64,000 nt of DNA, taken from positions 186,001-250,000 of the forward strand of contig NW_021832531.1 of assembly GCF_006345805.1 (NCBI RefSeq), given 5' to 3'. The notes below the pieces were generated by a model. The model was not told the DNA's origin and did not search any database. It was given only the letters and a program-made list of their open reading frames with translations. Below, one piece after another: positions 37,301-49,488 of the stretch. The stretch's first letter is position 1. Each line of letters begins with the position of its first letter. This DNA comes from Octopus sinensis. Taxonomy: Eukaryota. The translations under genes were made by a program, and so were the position numbers.

Positions 37301-38699
37301 TTTTTTTTAAATTATTATTAAATACAACTTTATCTGATATTTTAATGCTCAATATATATTTCAAGCGTTAAATGCCTCGTTTTAGTTTCGGAAATGTCTC
37401 TAAATTATTACTCTGTATAAACTTAAATGTCCCTAAGAAAAAATATCATTATATGTTGGAATTTCCAATTCTACGGTTTAAAGAGCTATAAAAAGATTCG
37501 GCGCTGAAATACTCGACTGGGAGGAACTTCCCGTGATACGCTAAAGTCCTTTCAGTCTCTTTGCAATATCTCTGAAGGTGTAGAAATAATATCTCAGACG
37601 GACATCTACAGTGTTGTGGGCAGATTTACCAATCCAAGTGAAGAGGGGGCAGGTTTCTATGACTAGTTAAGCTCGTCTTTTTTGTCAATGTCGTGATTGA
37701 GCACTGCAATGATACTCAGAGTTATTCTCTGTCGATAATATTACATTTCCACTTGATCCGAGTTGCCATTCTCACAAATTACAGTCTCCTTGCATATTTC
37801 TACTTATGTAATTCACATATGACTCCTCTATGTTCATACACTTAATTAAAAATATGTATTCTCTATTTTTTTAGTCTTTAGGGATATCCCTCACTCAAAA
37901 CAATCTCTGCCTGGATGAAGAACTTGGTGGACCGGATTTGATTTATTACTAATTTCATTATTTGGATTTCCTCACAGTTTCTATTGCTTAGTTAAGACCC
38001 CTCAGTGAAAGTGACTGGTGTCTATTAGACGGCAAATACTCTTGGTTTGTCAAAATAGACAATTTTTTTGGAATAATAAAAGGTGTGATAACTATTGGGC
38101 AACAACGATTATGTAATAGCATTTTAATATAAATAGAAGATACGAATCAGGTAAGAACAACCACAAGCAATTCCCACGCAATATCGAGAACGATATCCCT
38201 CAAAAAGAACAACTCTCTGGGAGTAGTCTGAATAATTCTTTATAAATCTTTTATAAATTTTAGTATTATTGATTATACGTGTATTATTGATGCGTTTGTT
38301 GGAATTGATGTTTATTATTTAATTCGCACTTTATTTTTTTATATAAATTGATTTAATAGGAATAATCTGTGATGTAATTTTTTTAATGTTTACATTATCT
38401 GGAAATTCATCCTGTGGTATTTTTTGAGTTTATTCCTATAATCTGTTTATATATATTTTAAAATTTCTCAACACTGTTATTTTTTTTATATTTATTGCCA
38501 TCCAGAGTGTCAGAACATTTAACATGGATATAATCTAAATATTTATTTTATTTGACTGGACATTGCTCTTATTTGACTTGTTTGTAATATTTTTGATTGC
38601 CAAAGCAACAGATTTGAAAGATCCCTTCGTCTCTTCTGCATGTGAACTCGTCATTCGTTTTTGCGAATGTGTTTGATTATTCCCACTTCTTTGCACAAA

Positions 38700-39105
38700 C
38701 CTTCAAAAAAGTTAAAAAAAAAATTTATTATAGAAGGGGAGTTGCTCTCTCAGTTTATATCTGGCCTCTTATTGCCTATGTCATATAAATCGATATTCGT
38801 TCTCCTCCAAGGAGTAACCTTAAAAATTTTATTACAGGATGAGAGTCGCTTTTCCAATTCATTTCCTGTCGCCTGTTGGCTATGTTATCGAAATCTTGGT
38901 TCATTCTCCTCTCTGGTGAAACCTTAAATAAGTTAAAAAACTCTATTACAGGTGGGGAGTTACTGTTCCAGTTCATTTCGGGTCTCCTATTGGTCGTGTT
39001 GTATAAATTCATATTTGTTCTCCTCACTGGTGAAATCTTAAATAAGTTAAAAAACTTTATTACAGGGGAGGAGTTGCTGTCCCAATTCATATTTGGTCTC
39101 GTATT
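38700..39105 (-). repeat. 114-bp (38-aa) coding-type tandem repeat, ~3.5 units
   Basis: Unit starts at 38727, 38831, 38945 and 39059 (spacing 104, 114, 114). Minus-strand MNW.S.S.PVI.FFNLFK.SP.RR.N repeats in ORF 38776-39132. Confidence 0.85.
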
Positions 39106-39689
39106 TGTATTTTCTCTTAAAAGTTTTTCCAAATGCTAAATAAAATAAATTAAACAATTAAAAACACCGGTGGAGGTTGAACAATTAAAGAAATTCGCGA
39201 TAATTCATATAAATAAATTCTAATCGACGATACGTTAATATTAATGTCGCACGTTATTTTGCTAGACAAAATTGATTGAATTACTTGACATCCCTCTAAT
39301 AGGAATTAGACTACAATGTTTTGATAATCTTTATTTATTGTATTGTTGAACTGTATTAAGAATCAAAAACATTTTACACATATTAAAAATACTTTGTTTT
39401 TATAGAGACAGTTAATGGAAAACAATACAGTCTAAGAAAGAGCTGATTGCTTGTTCGTTGACTGGGTAAGTCTCAACAAGACAGTCTACGGGGCAGAGAA
39501 TCTCAATCTTGTTAGAAAGCATAGAAGATATTACAGGTTCCATTATAAATTATTAAATTACATAAATTTCAAATCCAAATTAGTAAATATCCTTGTCGAT
39601 CAAGAGACCCATATACCCTAATAGGGATCTATTCAAAAATACCTGATGTATGATAAGTGAGTTTTGATTTGTCTAAACATTGATATCCC

Positions 39690-39830
39690 TTACAAAGTGA
39701 GCAAAAGAAGCGAAGCGTCTAAGGGCGGAAAATGCCGGAGGACTCTAAAGCGATTGGAATAAAAAACAACAAGTTTGAAAGGTCTCCGTACTTAAGAATC
39801 TTGCGATCCTCGGCCTAGCAGATCTACTAA
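39690..39830 (-). mobile_element. Internal CRE RLE fragment
   Basis: EDRKILKYGDLSNLLFFIPIALESSGIF; similar to the 35223 and 41567 copies. Confidence 0.7.
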
Positions 39831-40449
39831 TTAATATGAAAAAGTTGGAATATTTTTTTTGTAACAGTCAGAATGTACGTAGTTAATAATCGAAATACAA
39901 AATAAATATTTTTTAGATAAATCTTCATTCGAAAAAAAATAAAAATTTAGTACATCTTAAAGAAAGACTAAATAACAGAAACGCTCGAAATGCATAAAAA
40001 GGAAAAATAAAGGTTATACAGGAATTTACAAAAATGTGTCGATGCCTTGATCGTCAAGAACTCAAAATCCGAATTTATAATATTCTATAGATCGTTATTA
40101 CAAAAACTAAAGAAGAAAATAATAAATCTTGAAGGAGGAATGTCTGAAGTTGAATTTAAAAATCCAAACTTTTGAAAGGCCCCAAATCGTCTAGGTGGTA
40201 AGAGGAGATCATTTTAAAAAATGAGGATGGCCAGTCGGTGCCAAAAGAGGATATTTCTTCTTTTTCAAAACAGTCAGAAAAAATTCAAGAGATTTGTGCA
40301 AGAAATACAGTATTCACAGATATTTTTAAAAACATAAAAAATACCTTGAAATACTTGTCAACCCAATGGCGGTATATTAGAATGCATCAGATAAACTGCA
40401 TCTTTTAGTGATTAAGATTCTCAATTCAACTTGGTCTTTGGGTCATCCA

Positions 40450-40900
40450 CCATCTCCCTGGAGACTGTTAAATGTACGGATAATACCAAATTCGGGGAAA
40501 TGAACGATAAAGCTGTTAATTACAGACCTATAGGTCTTATCTGCTTACTGTCAACAATAATGAAGAAAATTATGCATTGAAGATTATCGGCTAATGTTGA
40601 GAGCAGCAAATTTGTTTGTGATCAACACTGAGGTTTCGAGCCTGGACGGTCATGTGGTGGCTGTCTTTTCAAAGTCCACTAAAAAATGAATTGAAAAAGG
40701 AAGTTCAAAAGGATCTCTTATTCCACTATTATTTAAAGTTTATATGGCGAATATTCCAAATCCAGAACACCAGAACGGCAATCTTATCATCTATGCGGAT
40801 GACGTTCTTATGACGGAAATGTCTTGGAGATTGTGGATTCACAACGCAAGCTTCTAAAAATAGTCCCAGAAATTAAAAACTGTTTTACAAAGAAGAGCTT
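40450..40900 (+). mobile_element. Degraded LINE reverse transcriptase (Jockey/I/CR1-like)
   Basis: W....V..IP..GK, NYRPIGLI, GFEPGRSC, KGSLIPLLF, IYADD, with stops and deletions. Confidence 0.72.
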
Positions 40901-41566
40901 TTTTGACATCGAAAAAATTTACAGTCACACACATATCGAAGATAAGAAGTGAGACAGGCTAATAGTCTAATATCTGAGTTTGTTCAGACTTAGAGTCCCC
41001 GTTATCTTGAAATAGTTTTTTACAACAATAGAAGAAAGATCAATTGAAGAAAAAGAATAAAAGAGTAATCCATGGTCTTCCTGGGAAGTCGATCCAGTAG
41101 TGGTGTTCCATCGCGAGATTAGCGGAACTTTCCCTGTCCATTCCTGAATGTGATAAAATAAGTCTCGAAAATTCATTTAATTTTTTATGGCAATCCTGGA
41201 AAATACCACCCTCTATGTCTTAATCATTTCCTGCACACTTTTTTGGCCACTCTGTTCCATTTTAAAATATTTAATCATTTAAATCAATTAATAATCAAAT
41301 AATGGTCAAATAATTCCCATTCAAGAAGTTGAAGTAACGCCGTTGTATTTTCCGGTAGATATAAAAAAATATCCAAAATTTTTATCTTTTTATTTATTAA
41401 CTGGTCGTTTATTTCATTTAATCACTTGTTATCCCTATTACATGTCATCCACGCATTTTTGAACTATAAACATAACATATTGAAACCTTCAATGCAACAA
41501 GGAAATTTTAATTTTCAATAATCAAAGGTTTCATTTTTTCTTGGATAGAATTTTAAAATACAAATT

Positions 41567-41841
41567 TGTCGCTTTATCTTCCTCAAATACGGCCAGATCA
41601 CGAATTCATTTCTTTTTATTTCAATTGCTTTGAAGTCTTCGGGGATCTTTGGCCCCAAGACGCTTCCTTCGCTCGCTCGGTCGACGGATATCAAGGATAA
41701 GAAACGATTCCGAGAGTCATCTTGGCTCTTGGAACCTTTGTCGATCGCTGTGATCAGTCGGAATGGCTCTGCTATTTGCGAGGCTGGCCGAGCGTCTCGT
41801 GAGGCCATTAACTAATTATTATACATTTTTATTGACTTAAC
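41567..41841 (+). mobile_element. CRE 3'-end insertion
   Basis: LKYGQI...IALKSSGIFGPKT...RESSWLLEPLSIAVI.RNGSAICEAGRASREAIN*. Possible 12-bp TSD aaaata(c/a)aaatt with one mismatch. Confidence 0.82.
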
Positions 41842-42191
41842 AAAATAAAAATTGCACTTAAAAAGTCAATTTAATTTACCGTAAAATTTTAAAAATTGAC
41901 TGAAATATTAACCTAAAAAATGTTATTTACAATTTTATTTGCATGTATAAACTACTCATATGAAAATTTCAAGTAATTTTATACATTGTTTATAGAGTTA
42001 TTAAAATCAAGTAATATGTTGCATTTTCCGATTTAAAATTTGTATCCTTTGTAAACATTTTGTTTAGAATCGAAAATGATCGTTCCTCTGCGCACGATAT
42101 AGCCTAACATTCAATGAATAAAGAATAATATAATCATCGAAATTCATCCCTTTTTAATATAATTTTTTATTCCACATACAACTGTCTAGGA

Positions 42192-44360
42192 CAGAGGTTT
42201 CCAAATGGTGAGGCGCTGAGTCGTGTCAAGGGAAGCGCGAAAAGCACATCAGCAACATTTTTTTTAGAAAATTAGATCTATATAAAAATCGTGATTATAT
42301 TCCGATAATAAGAGTTATTAATTTAAAAATTATATTTTTTCAAAAATTTATTTAATTTAAATAATTTCAACATACAGTCCGACCCCCAAATGGGGCACCA
42401 AGTGCCCCAAAATGCGGGGGTGCCCCAAAAACAGGGGTTTGTTATTTTTTTAAAAATTAACCATTAATAAACATCAAAAAACATTTTTACTAAAATATTC
42501 AGTTATTTTCTTTTTATTTGTAGAGTTTTGTCTGATATTGTTCGTCAATTTCAGCCGAAAATCAAAAAAATCTCGGAGCATACTTGGTGCAACATTAGAA
42601 ATTTTTTCTCTAAATTGTTAAGCAGATCTTTTGTTTTTGCTACGACATTTTCACTATTTTCGGTTTCTGAATATGTATCATAAACATTATTGTTCATGTC
42701 TTCGCATTCTCCATCAATTGTTTCGTTAACAACTTGATCTAAATGTTCATCTGTTAGACAGTTTTTTGTTGCATAAGAATCACGGTTCCTGTCGATTTTC
42801 TTCCAACAATTAACAATACTTTTAGCATCTATTTTCTCCCATCCTTTTGAAATTAGCATCATAACCTGACGCAAATTTAATTTACCAATAGAATGTGTAA
42901 AATCGTTTTCGAAATCTTGAAAACATAAAAATTCCATTAAGAAAGAGGAATAATAATCTTTAAAAAATCTTGATTATTCCCATATCCAAAGGTTGTAAAT
43001 AGGGCGTTGTATTTTTCGGCAAAATAAAAATTCGATGTTCGAACATTCGGCAGTTTTATGGCATCCCGCATGTCAAGTATTAATAATATTTTTCTGTTGT
43101 TTTTGCAAAACGATTCATTTAAGTGTAAGCCAACTCATAAAAGTCTTTCCAGTCATCCATGCATTTTGAGAAGATGAATACAATAACCCAAAATCTTGAA
43201 CATCAAAATTTTTTAGACACCGAGGTTTTTTATATTTTCCAATAATCAATGGATTAAGTTTTTTCCCGATTAAACTGCAGCATAGAAGAACAGTGAGTCT
43301 TTCTTTCCCTTGTTTATAACCAAAACACGGTTCGCCTTGTTCAACAAATGATTTTTGAGGAGTTCTTTTTATAAAAAGCGCAGTTTCATCACAATTAAAT
43401 ATATTCTCAGGTCCATATTTTAATACTTTCTTGTCATATTTTTCAAAATAATTTTTCACATAAGATAAATCACATGAAGCTTTTTCACCACATATTGACT
43501 TGAATTGAAGTTCATGCCGCAATTTAAATCTATCAAGCCACCCATTGGAAGCTTTAAAAGAAGTAAATCCAATTTTTGAAGCTGTAACTAAGGCAATTTT
43601 TTTCAAAATAGGGCCTGAAATCGGAATTTTATCTACGCGTAGTCTTAGAAATATTTCAAAGACTTGATCATCAAATTTATCTTTATCGGCTTTAAATGTG
43701 TCATATTCCTCAGAAATAGTATTGCCGTGTTGCAAGAAAGGTACAATATTTCGTTTTATTCTTGATATTGTTCCTTTACTTGTGTTGTACTTTTTCATTA
43801 GTTGCCTCTCAGATAAATTTTTCTTCAAAATTTCTTTAGCAATCTTCAATTTAGTTTCGTAATCCATAACCACAACAATAAAAATATAAATTGAAAATAA
43901 AACAAAAAATAATTAATTTATTATAATTTTATTTTATTTTTAATTCCTTATAAATGATTTTATGGTGCCCCAAAAATTCCATAATTTTTTATCGATTTTT
44001 ATTTTTTTTCTGCCAAAATGTACTTTTGGAATAAAGTGCCCCAAATTGCGGGGGTGCCCCAAAATCCGAGGGTGCCCCACCCCTGGGGTCTGCCCCATTT
44101 TGGGGTCGGACTGTATGGATAAATTCTTGAGTAGTTGCAAAAGAAAATTCACAAATAGTAAATCGTTAAAAAAACTTGCTTCTGTCTCTTCAAATGCTTT
44201 ACTAGCATCGTACAAAATTTTTTACAGGATTGCAAAATGCAAGAAACCGCACAAAAAATTGTTTTTGATAAATTAATAATTGTATCACTTGAATATAAAG
44301 GGAGGCGCAAGATTGTACATTTTTTAAGGAAGGCGTGTAAAAAAAGCTTGGAAACCCCTG
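42192..44360 (+). mobile_element. hAT (Buster/Charlie-type) deletion element hosting a Tigger copy
   Basis: TIRs CAGAGGTTTCCAA / TTGGAAACCCCTG. TSD GTCTAGGA / GTCTAGAA. Remnant ALLASYKIFYRIAKCKKPH. Confidence 0.85.
42375..44113 (-). mobile_element. pogo/Tigger transposon, nearly full length, frameshifted
   Basis: TA|CAGTCCGACCCC(C)AAA...GGGGTCGGACTG|TA. ORF 43115-43873 carries an N-terminal HTH, a CENP-B HTH (ASNGWLDRFKLRH), FNCDETALF, KERLTVLLC and NAWMT. Repeated GTGCCCC motifs in both subterminal regions. Confidence 0.93.
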
Positions 44361-46499
44361 GTCTAGAATAATTGTTCTCCACAACTGCTTTGATACAAGA
44401 AATTAATTTGTCCACTTCGGGATAATGTACTTTTATATACCAATTTTATATTAAGTGCACAATTATGCACTAAATGAATAAGTTGATAATTACTGCATTC
44501 CTCAATTTATAGAATACAAATGCTTCCGTTACGTCTGTCGCAAAATTTTTGAAACAATAATTTGGAGGAACAATATTCAATTGTCCTGTATTTGTGAATA
44601 TAATTATTCATGAAGAGTGCTTCTGTGTTTCCCTGTGTCTGTTCACAAAAAATTATTTTTTTGCAAGTTACGGGTAACTTACATAATTTACACAAAAGTA
44701 TTTCATTCGATGTGATTGAAAATTCTTTGGAATATTTGTCACAAATGTTTTTAGTTTTTTAAAATTCAAGCAAAAGTGATAAAAGATTAATCGAAGAGAG
44801 GGCCACCAGCCTGGAAGATTGCCAAACTGTTCCCCGGATAACGGCGATATATTTAAAAATTGAGCTAATCAAAAAATCGACTTAAAACATCCAAAAAATG
44901 ACCAAATTAACCTAAAAAATCTGTATAGAAACCTTTTTTTATTCATTAATCATTATTTTTAAACTAAAGTCTAACTCTGAATTAAAATTGAATTTACAGA
45001 CATATGTTGCCCTACTAATTAAATTATTGTTTCTAATTTTTAAATCATAAAAAATTTTGAAAAAAAGTTTTTATCATATGAATCAAAATTCTTAAAGCAA
45101 TGATAAATCACATCCATTTTTTCACCGGAAATAGTTTTTGTAAAAGGTTGATGCCTTTTTTAAACAAGATACTTCTGGACACAACAAAACCGACACGTTT
45201 TTTTATTAACATTTATTATAAAAATTCCCAAAATGAGGTTTCCTTTTCTTCAAGAAGCATCTGAAGGCTCTCGGAGTGGAGAACAGAGTGAAGACATATA
45301 TCCAGATACTGGTGTTGCGGAAGACCTTAGAGAGCTCCAAGCCAAGACGAGGCACGGATTATTAATGTTTATTGAAAGGGTAGCCCCTAATCTAGACTGC
45401 GTGTACACATGGATCTGCCAACCGTGCAATGAAAGTAGGCACTAAGTTTTAGAAACTGCGGTTTTTTTTGATTTCAGCTGGAATGTATAAAAGTACCTAT
45501 AAACCTCAGAATGCCCAAATAAAATATGCCACAAATATAGATTATTAACTAAAATTAGAAGTATTGCAATTGGTTCGATCCACATCTTTTCACCAAATAA
45601 GTTGTCATGAAATTCTTAAAAAGATGAGTAGATTTCTGTAGTAATTTTCTCCCCAATTTTCAGAAATTAACCCAAATTAAAGTTCCGTTTTTAATAGTAA
45701 AATATGGCTGTTTGCAAGAATATTATTACTTTTAATGGACATAAGCAATAACAACTAAAACGAGCACTCCGCAATTTCAGAAGCCGATGTGGCTAAGGTT
45801 TTGAATGTGCCAACCACGTAATTTTTAAAGACCAAAAAAGGGAACAAGTGAGTTAATTATTCTAATTAATTTCAAATCGAGACCCACATTGTTTCTCTTG
45901 TCTTATAAGTTTTCTTTTTGTTGGAGTGTGGCTGTTCACTACTGAGAAGCTCATGACATCTTATTGGAAATCTATTCATGTTTGGAATCCGTATGTAATG
46001 AGATGTCCACGACGGCATAACTCGTCAACCCCAATATGATTAATGATACTCACTATTTTTGAAAAAGAAAGCAAATTGAGTCGAAAAAAATTGAACTTTA
46101 TTTTTTGTGGTTTACCTTTTGTTCTATTAATTCATTCATTTGATAAATAAAAAATGATAAAATCACTATGATAAAAAAATTGATTATTTTTTGATAATAA
46201 ATTAAATTCAATAACTAAAGAGTTACTCAAATTGGTGAAAAAGTTACATTTTAGTGATAAACTACTATAAAATAAAAAGTATAGATTTTAATATAGACAC
46301 GTGATTAATAAATTGCCACTCGTATGTAATAAAGCTGTCAGCGACGTCCGTAATTAGTAGCTTCAAAACCTCAATTATCCAATTATAGATAATAAATATC
46401 AAATCAATAAGACTATTCAAGTCTGACTAACAGCATGGATAAATCAATGGCAGTTTTAATGAGAAGCACTGTTAATATAAAATAGCTAGTTAAACATTG

Positions 46500-48650
46500 C
46501 ATTAGGAAAATGATAATTAACATAGAATTAAGGCTGATAATCATTAATGAAAGAGGCCTGTTCTCGGATATCTGGCATATTATTGAAGGGAAGGACACTC
46601 CCCTCATTGGACCCTCCTCCTCCGGGCAGAACTGAATAGGTTGGGTTATTTCTAGACTTTAACTGCTTTGATCAACCGAGCTTGTCGTCTCGAATTTTCT
46701 CCAAAGTCGTTAAGAGTTAGGAAATCTTTGTCAGGATTAAGCCCACATTCTCTCTCGACAAGTGCGACTAAAACATGCAAATTTAACTCTACGTCGATAG
46801 GCCTTAGAATGACGATTTCTATATAAGACACACAGTGGAATAAGGACAAAGGCTAAAAGGATTGCAGCACCAAGAACTCCAAAGACAGGAGTCATCAGAC
46901 TGACCGTATCTCTTATTTTCTCTAAAAATTACAAACAAAAGACAATATACGAGTCATTGAAAAGTCATATTTAGTGCTTTCAACAATGCATCCGTCAGAC
47001 TGGAAAACACAACTAAACGTGCCAGTAATGGGATCTTTTGCGTCGAACAAAAACCGAAGAGTACTAAAAGTAACACAAATACACAGACCAAGTGTATGTT
47101 GCTACATCAACTGTTGCAATTACGTTCTTTACTGGTTTTGATAAGACATTTCCATCCATAACCCACCACATTTTTACATCACCTTTTCCAAGAAAGTTAA
47201 CTGTAGCATTCAATGTGGCTCCAGATTCAGACCCAACTCCGTATCTGGGCAAATCAAGAGAGAAAAATGGGGGTTCTAAGTTTAAGATGAAAAGACAACC
47301 GACATATTCCACATAAGAAGAAGTCATTTGAGTCCCAAAACTGCTATCTATGATAACTTGAACATTCCCATTAAGGGTCTTTGATGCAGTAAAGGTAAGA
47401 GTTTTCTTATCACTGCTAAATTTAAACAAAAATCCATCTTAATCTAAGACAAATAGAAAAACCTTGAATTTTCCTTCCATTTAAGTACCAAGTAACAGTT
47501 ATTGAGGGAACTTCAACTCCAGGATCATAATCAAATGAAAGAATGCAGTTAGCTCCACATTTACTGCAATCTGAGAGTGGCTTAGTAATTTTTGGAGGTG
47601 CTAAACATAACCACATTAACAGTACATGGAAACACCATCGTAAATTTGACTTTTGAAGACGGGTTTGTTTTGAATGCACATGAAAATTCGTGTCTTCCTT
47701 GATACTGATAAAAATTTTTAACAGGCTGGCCAGTCGAGTCGTACAAAACGATATCACTAAGAAACTCTTAAAAAATAAGAATACGTTCTAATAGGCAAAC
47801 AAATTTCGGGAATATTTGGTATTTGATTGATAAATTCATAGTTGTTATAAGAATATTGATAGTAGTAAATAACATCATTTTCTTTTGGATACATAATCCT
47901 ATTATTCGGTCCCATACAGTTGGGGGATGCTAGTGAAATATACAAAAATAATATACAGGAAACATAATTTAAACTAAAAACCACATTATGGCTAAAAATT
48001 CTACAGTTCATATCGTAAATGGTTTTTCCAAATTTCCCAATGTAAAGAGTATCTAAAAATAAAATCCCAATAAAACCGTAAATCAAACGGGCTTCGAATC
48101 CAGGATTACAAAAAACTTCCGCACTCCGCCAAAAAACAAAGGGAGCCGCAGAATCCGAAACAGCGAACACCCGCAGAGTGAAATAGTCGTCGAGACAAAC
48201 ATCGATCTTTTGCCGATAGGAGTGTAGGAAAGTTAACTCTAAAATAATAGCCAATTTTAATCAACCGGGGAAATAGATAGGATACGGTGCTTCAGTAAAA
48301 CAGGGATTATTGTTAGTATACATGCCACATTGGGGTCTTTCATTTGGTGCGAATGGTTTCACGGTAGATAAATCTATCAGGGCAGTGCTGGCATCATTTG
48401 TGTACGTTGTCGGTAATGTGTTAGACCATGATTTCGAACTGCTAATAAGAAAATGGGCTGACCTTGAGGTAAGTACATTTGGAGAGCAGTTCACGGTGAT
48501 ATTATTAGGCCAAGAGAGTTTATATTCTTGTCCATTGTAATACATAGCCATAAAGCTGCGTGATTGAACTAATTTTCCTGGGTTTGATGCGATGGAATAT
48601 CGTGGGCACTGAGAAAGGGTATATGCTATTAAAATTGGTAGAATCCACAT
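46500..48650 (-). CDS. Orphan type-I membrane protein with Ig-like ectodomains; 3' end uncertain
   Basis: Signal peptide MWILPILIAYTLSQC. Ig-like W/C patterns (ITVTWYLNG, VKMWWVMDG, FSCVFQ). TM segment LMTPVFGVLGAAILLAFVLIPLCVL followed by basic YRNRHSKAYRRR. Micro-introns throughout. Confidence 0.75.
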
Positions 48651-49488
48651 TCTTTTTGGAATAAACTTATATGAAATAGGAGTAAGCTGATAAGAGTGTT
48701 ATGGCAATTAACTATCAATTTATATTTATTTATTTGATTGAGGTTTACCCAATAATTTTTTAATAAAATATAACATTTAAAAATAAAATAATTAATTAAA
48801 CAAAAATCACATATCAATAGAATAAGAAAAACAAAAATTGAAACAAATTCAAATTTTTAAAAGTTATTTTACCAACGTTTTTTGCCTATCACACATATAT
48901 TAGACGTGATACATCAAAATTATAATTGCGAAATATACTTTTCGATTACTCAATGATTGTAAACGAACGGTTTTAATTGATTTACTTAATAATCATTCAA
49001 TATAAACAAGAAATCGATTTAAACCTAAAACAGACTTTTTAAATATATTGTAATTCCCTTGAAAGAATAGTCGATTTTTTAATTTTTATTTGATCTATAA
49101 AAACGAATTAAATTGCGGAATTATCAGTCTTATTGGTACTTGAACCTGTAAAAGAGAGTATTATAAAATTGACTTTGAAGTTATTTAGAAATATTAATCA
49201 TCAATTATTACTCACAAAATGACTATTTATCAAAGCGATTTCACTCAATTTTGGAACCTATTGATACCTTTTGTCAAATTCTAAAAGAAGGATGCTCAGA
49301 AAACTATGGAGGCTATTAGGTGCTGTCATTTTATAAGCCTTAATTGACATTTTAGATCATGATATCGGTATGGTTTATCTAATTCGTCAGTACGAGGTTT
49401 CTTTGTTTAAATTACTTTATTGTGTATTTTTGTTATCCAGATAAAATAAATAGTATAATTAATTTTAAATAAACTAAATATAATATAA

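Larger units (their letters stand above)
41900..44760 (-). mobile_element. CGGBP-like hAT transposase relic split by nested insertions (pieces ~44369-44760 and ~41900-42183)
   Basis: EFSITSNEIL.CKLCKLPV.CKK.F.V.RH.ETQKH (CGGBP-type Zn finger), FATDVTEAFV and HYPEVDKLISCIKAV. Left of the nested block: SCAEERSFSILNK...F..EN (hAT dimerisation motif). Confidence 0.6.

Noticed and set aside
37400-38300. Moderately GC-rich stretch with protein-like minus-strand segments
   Set aside because: I could not build a consistent splice model or recognise a family, so it is left unannotated.
39130-39200. Helitron N-terminal motif (L...PPP.L..LL)
   Set aside because: No upstream CC..G motif, no Rep or helicase motifs and no Helitron termini.
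40967-41176. Derlin/rhomboid-like N-terminus (W..KVPLISRW)
   Set aside because: Similarity is limited to a few residues, there are no TM helices in register, and the ORF runs into a LINE relic.
45233-45445. Fanzor/TnpB-like C-terminal zinc finger (DCVYTWICQPC)
   Set aside because: No RuvC motifs, no RDxNA-like motif after the CxxC, and the ORF is only 70 aa. Left unassigned.
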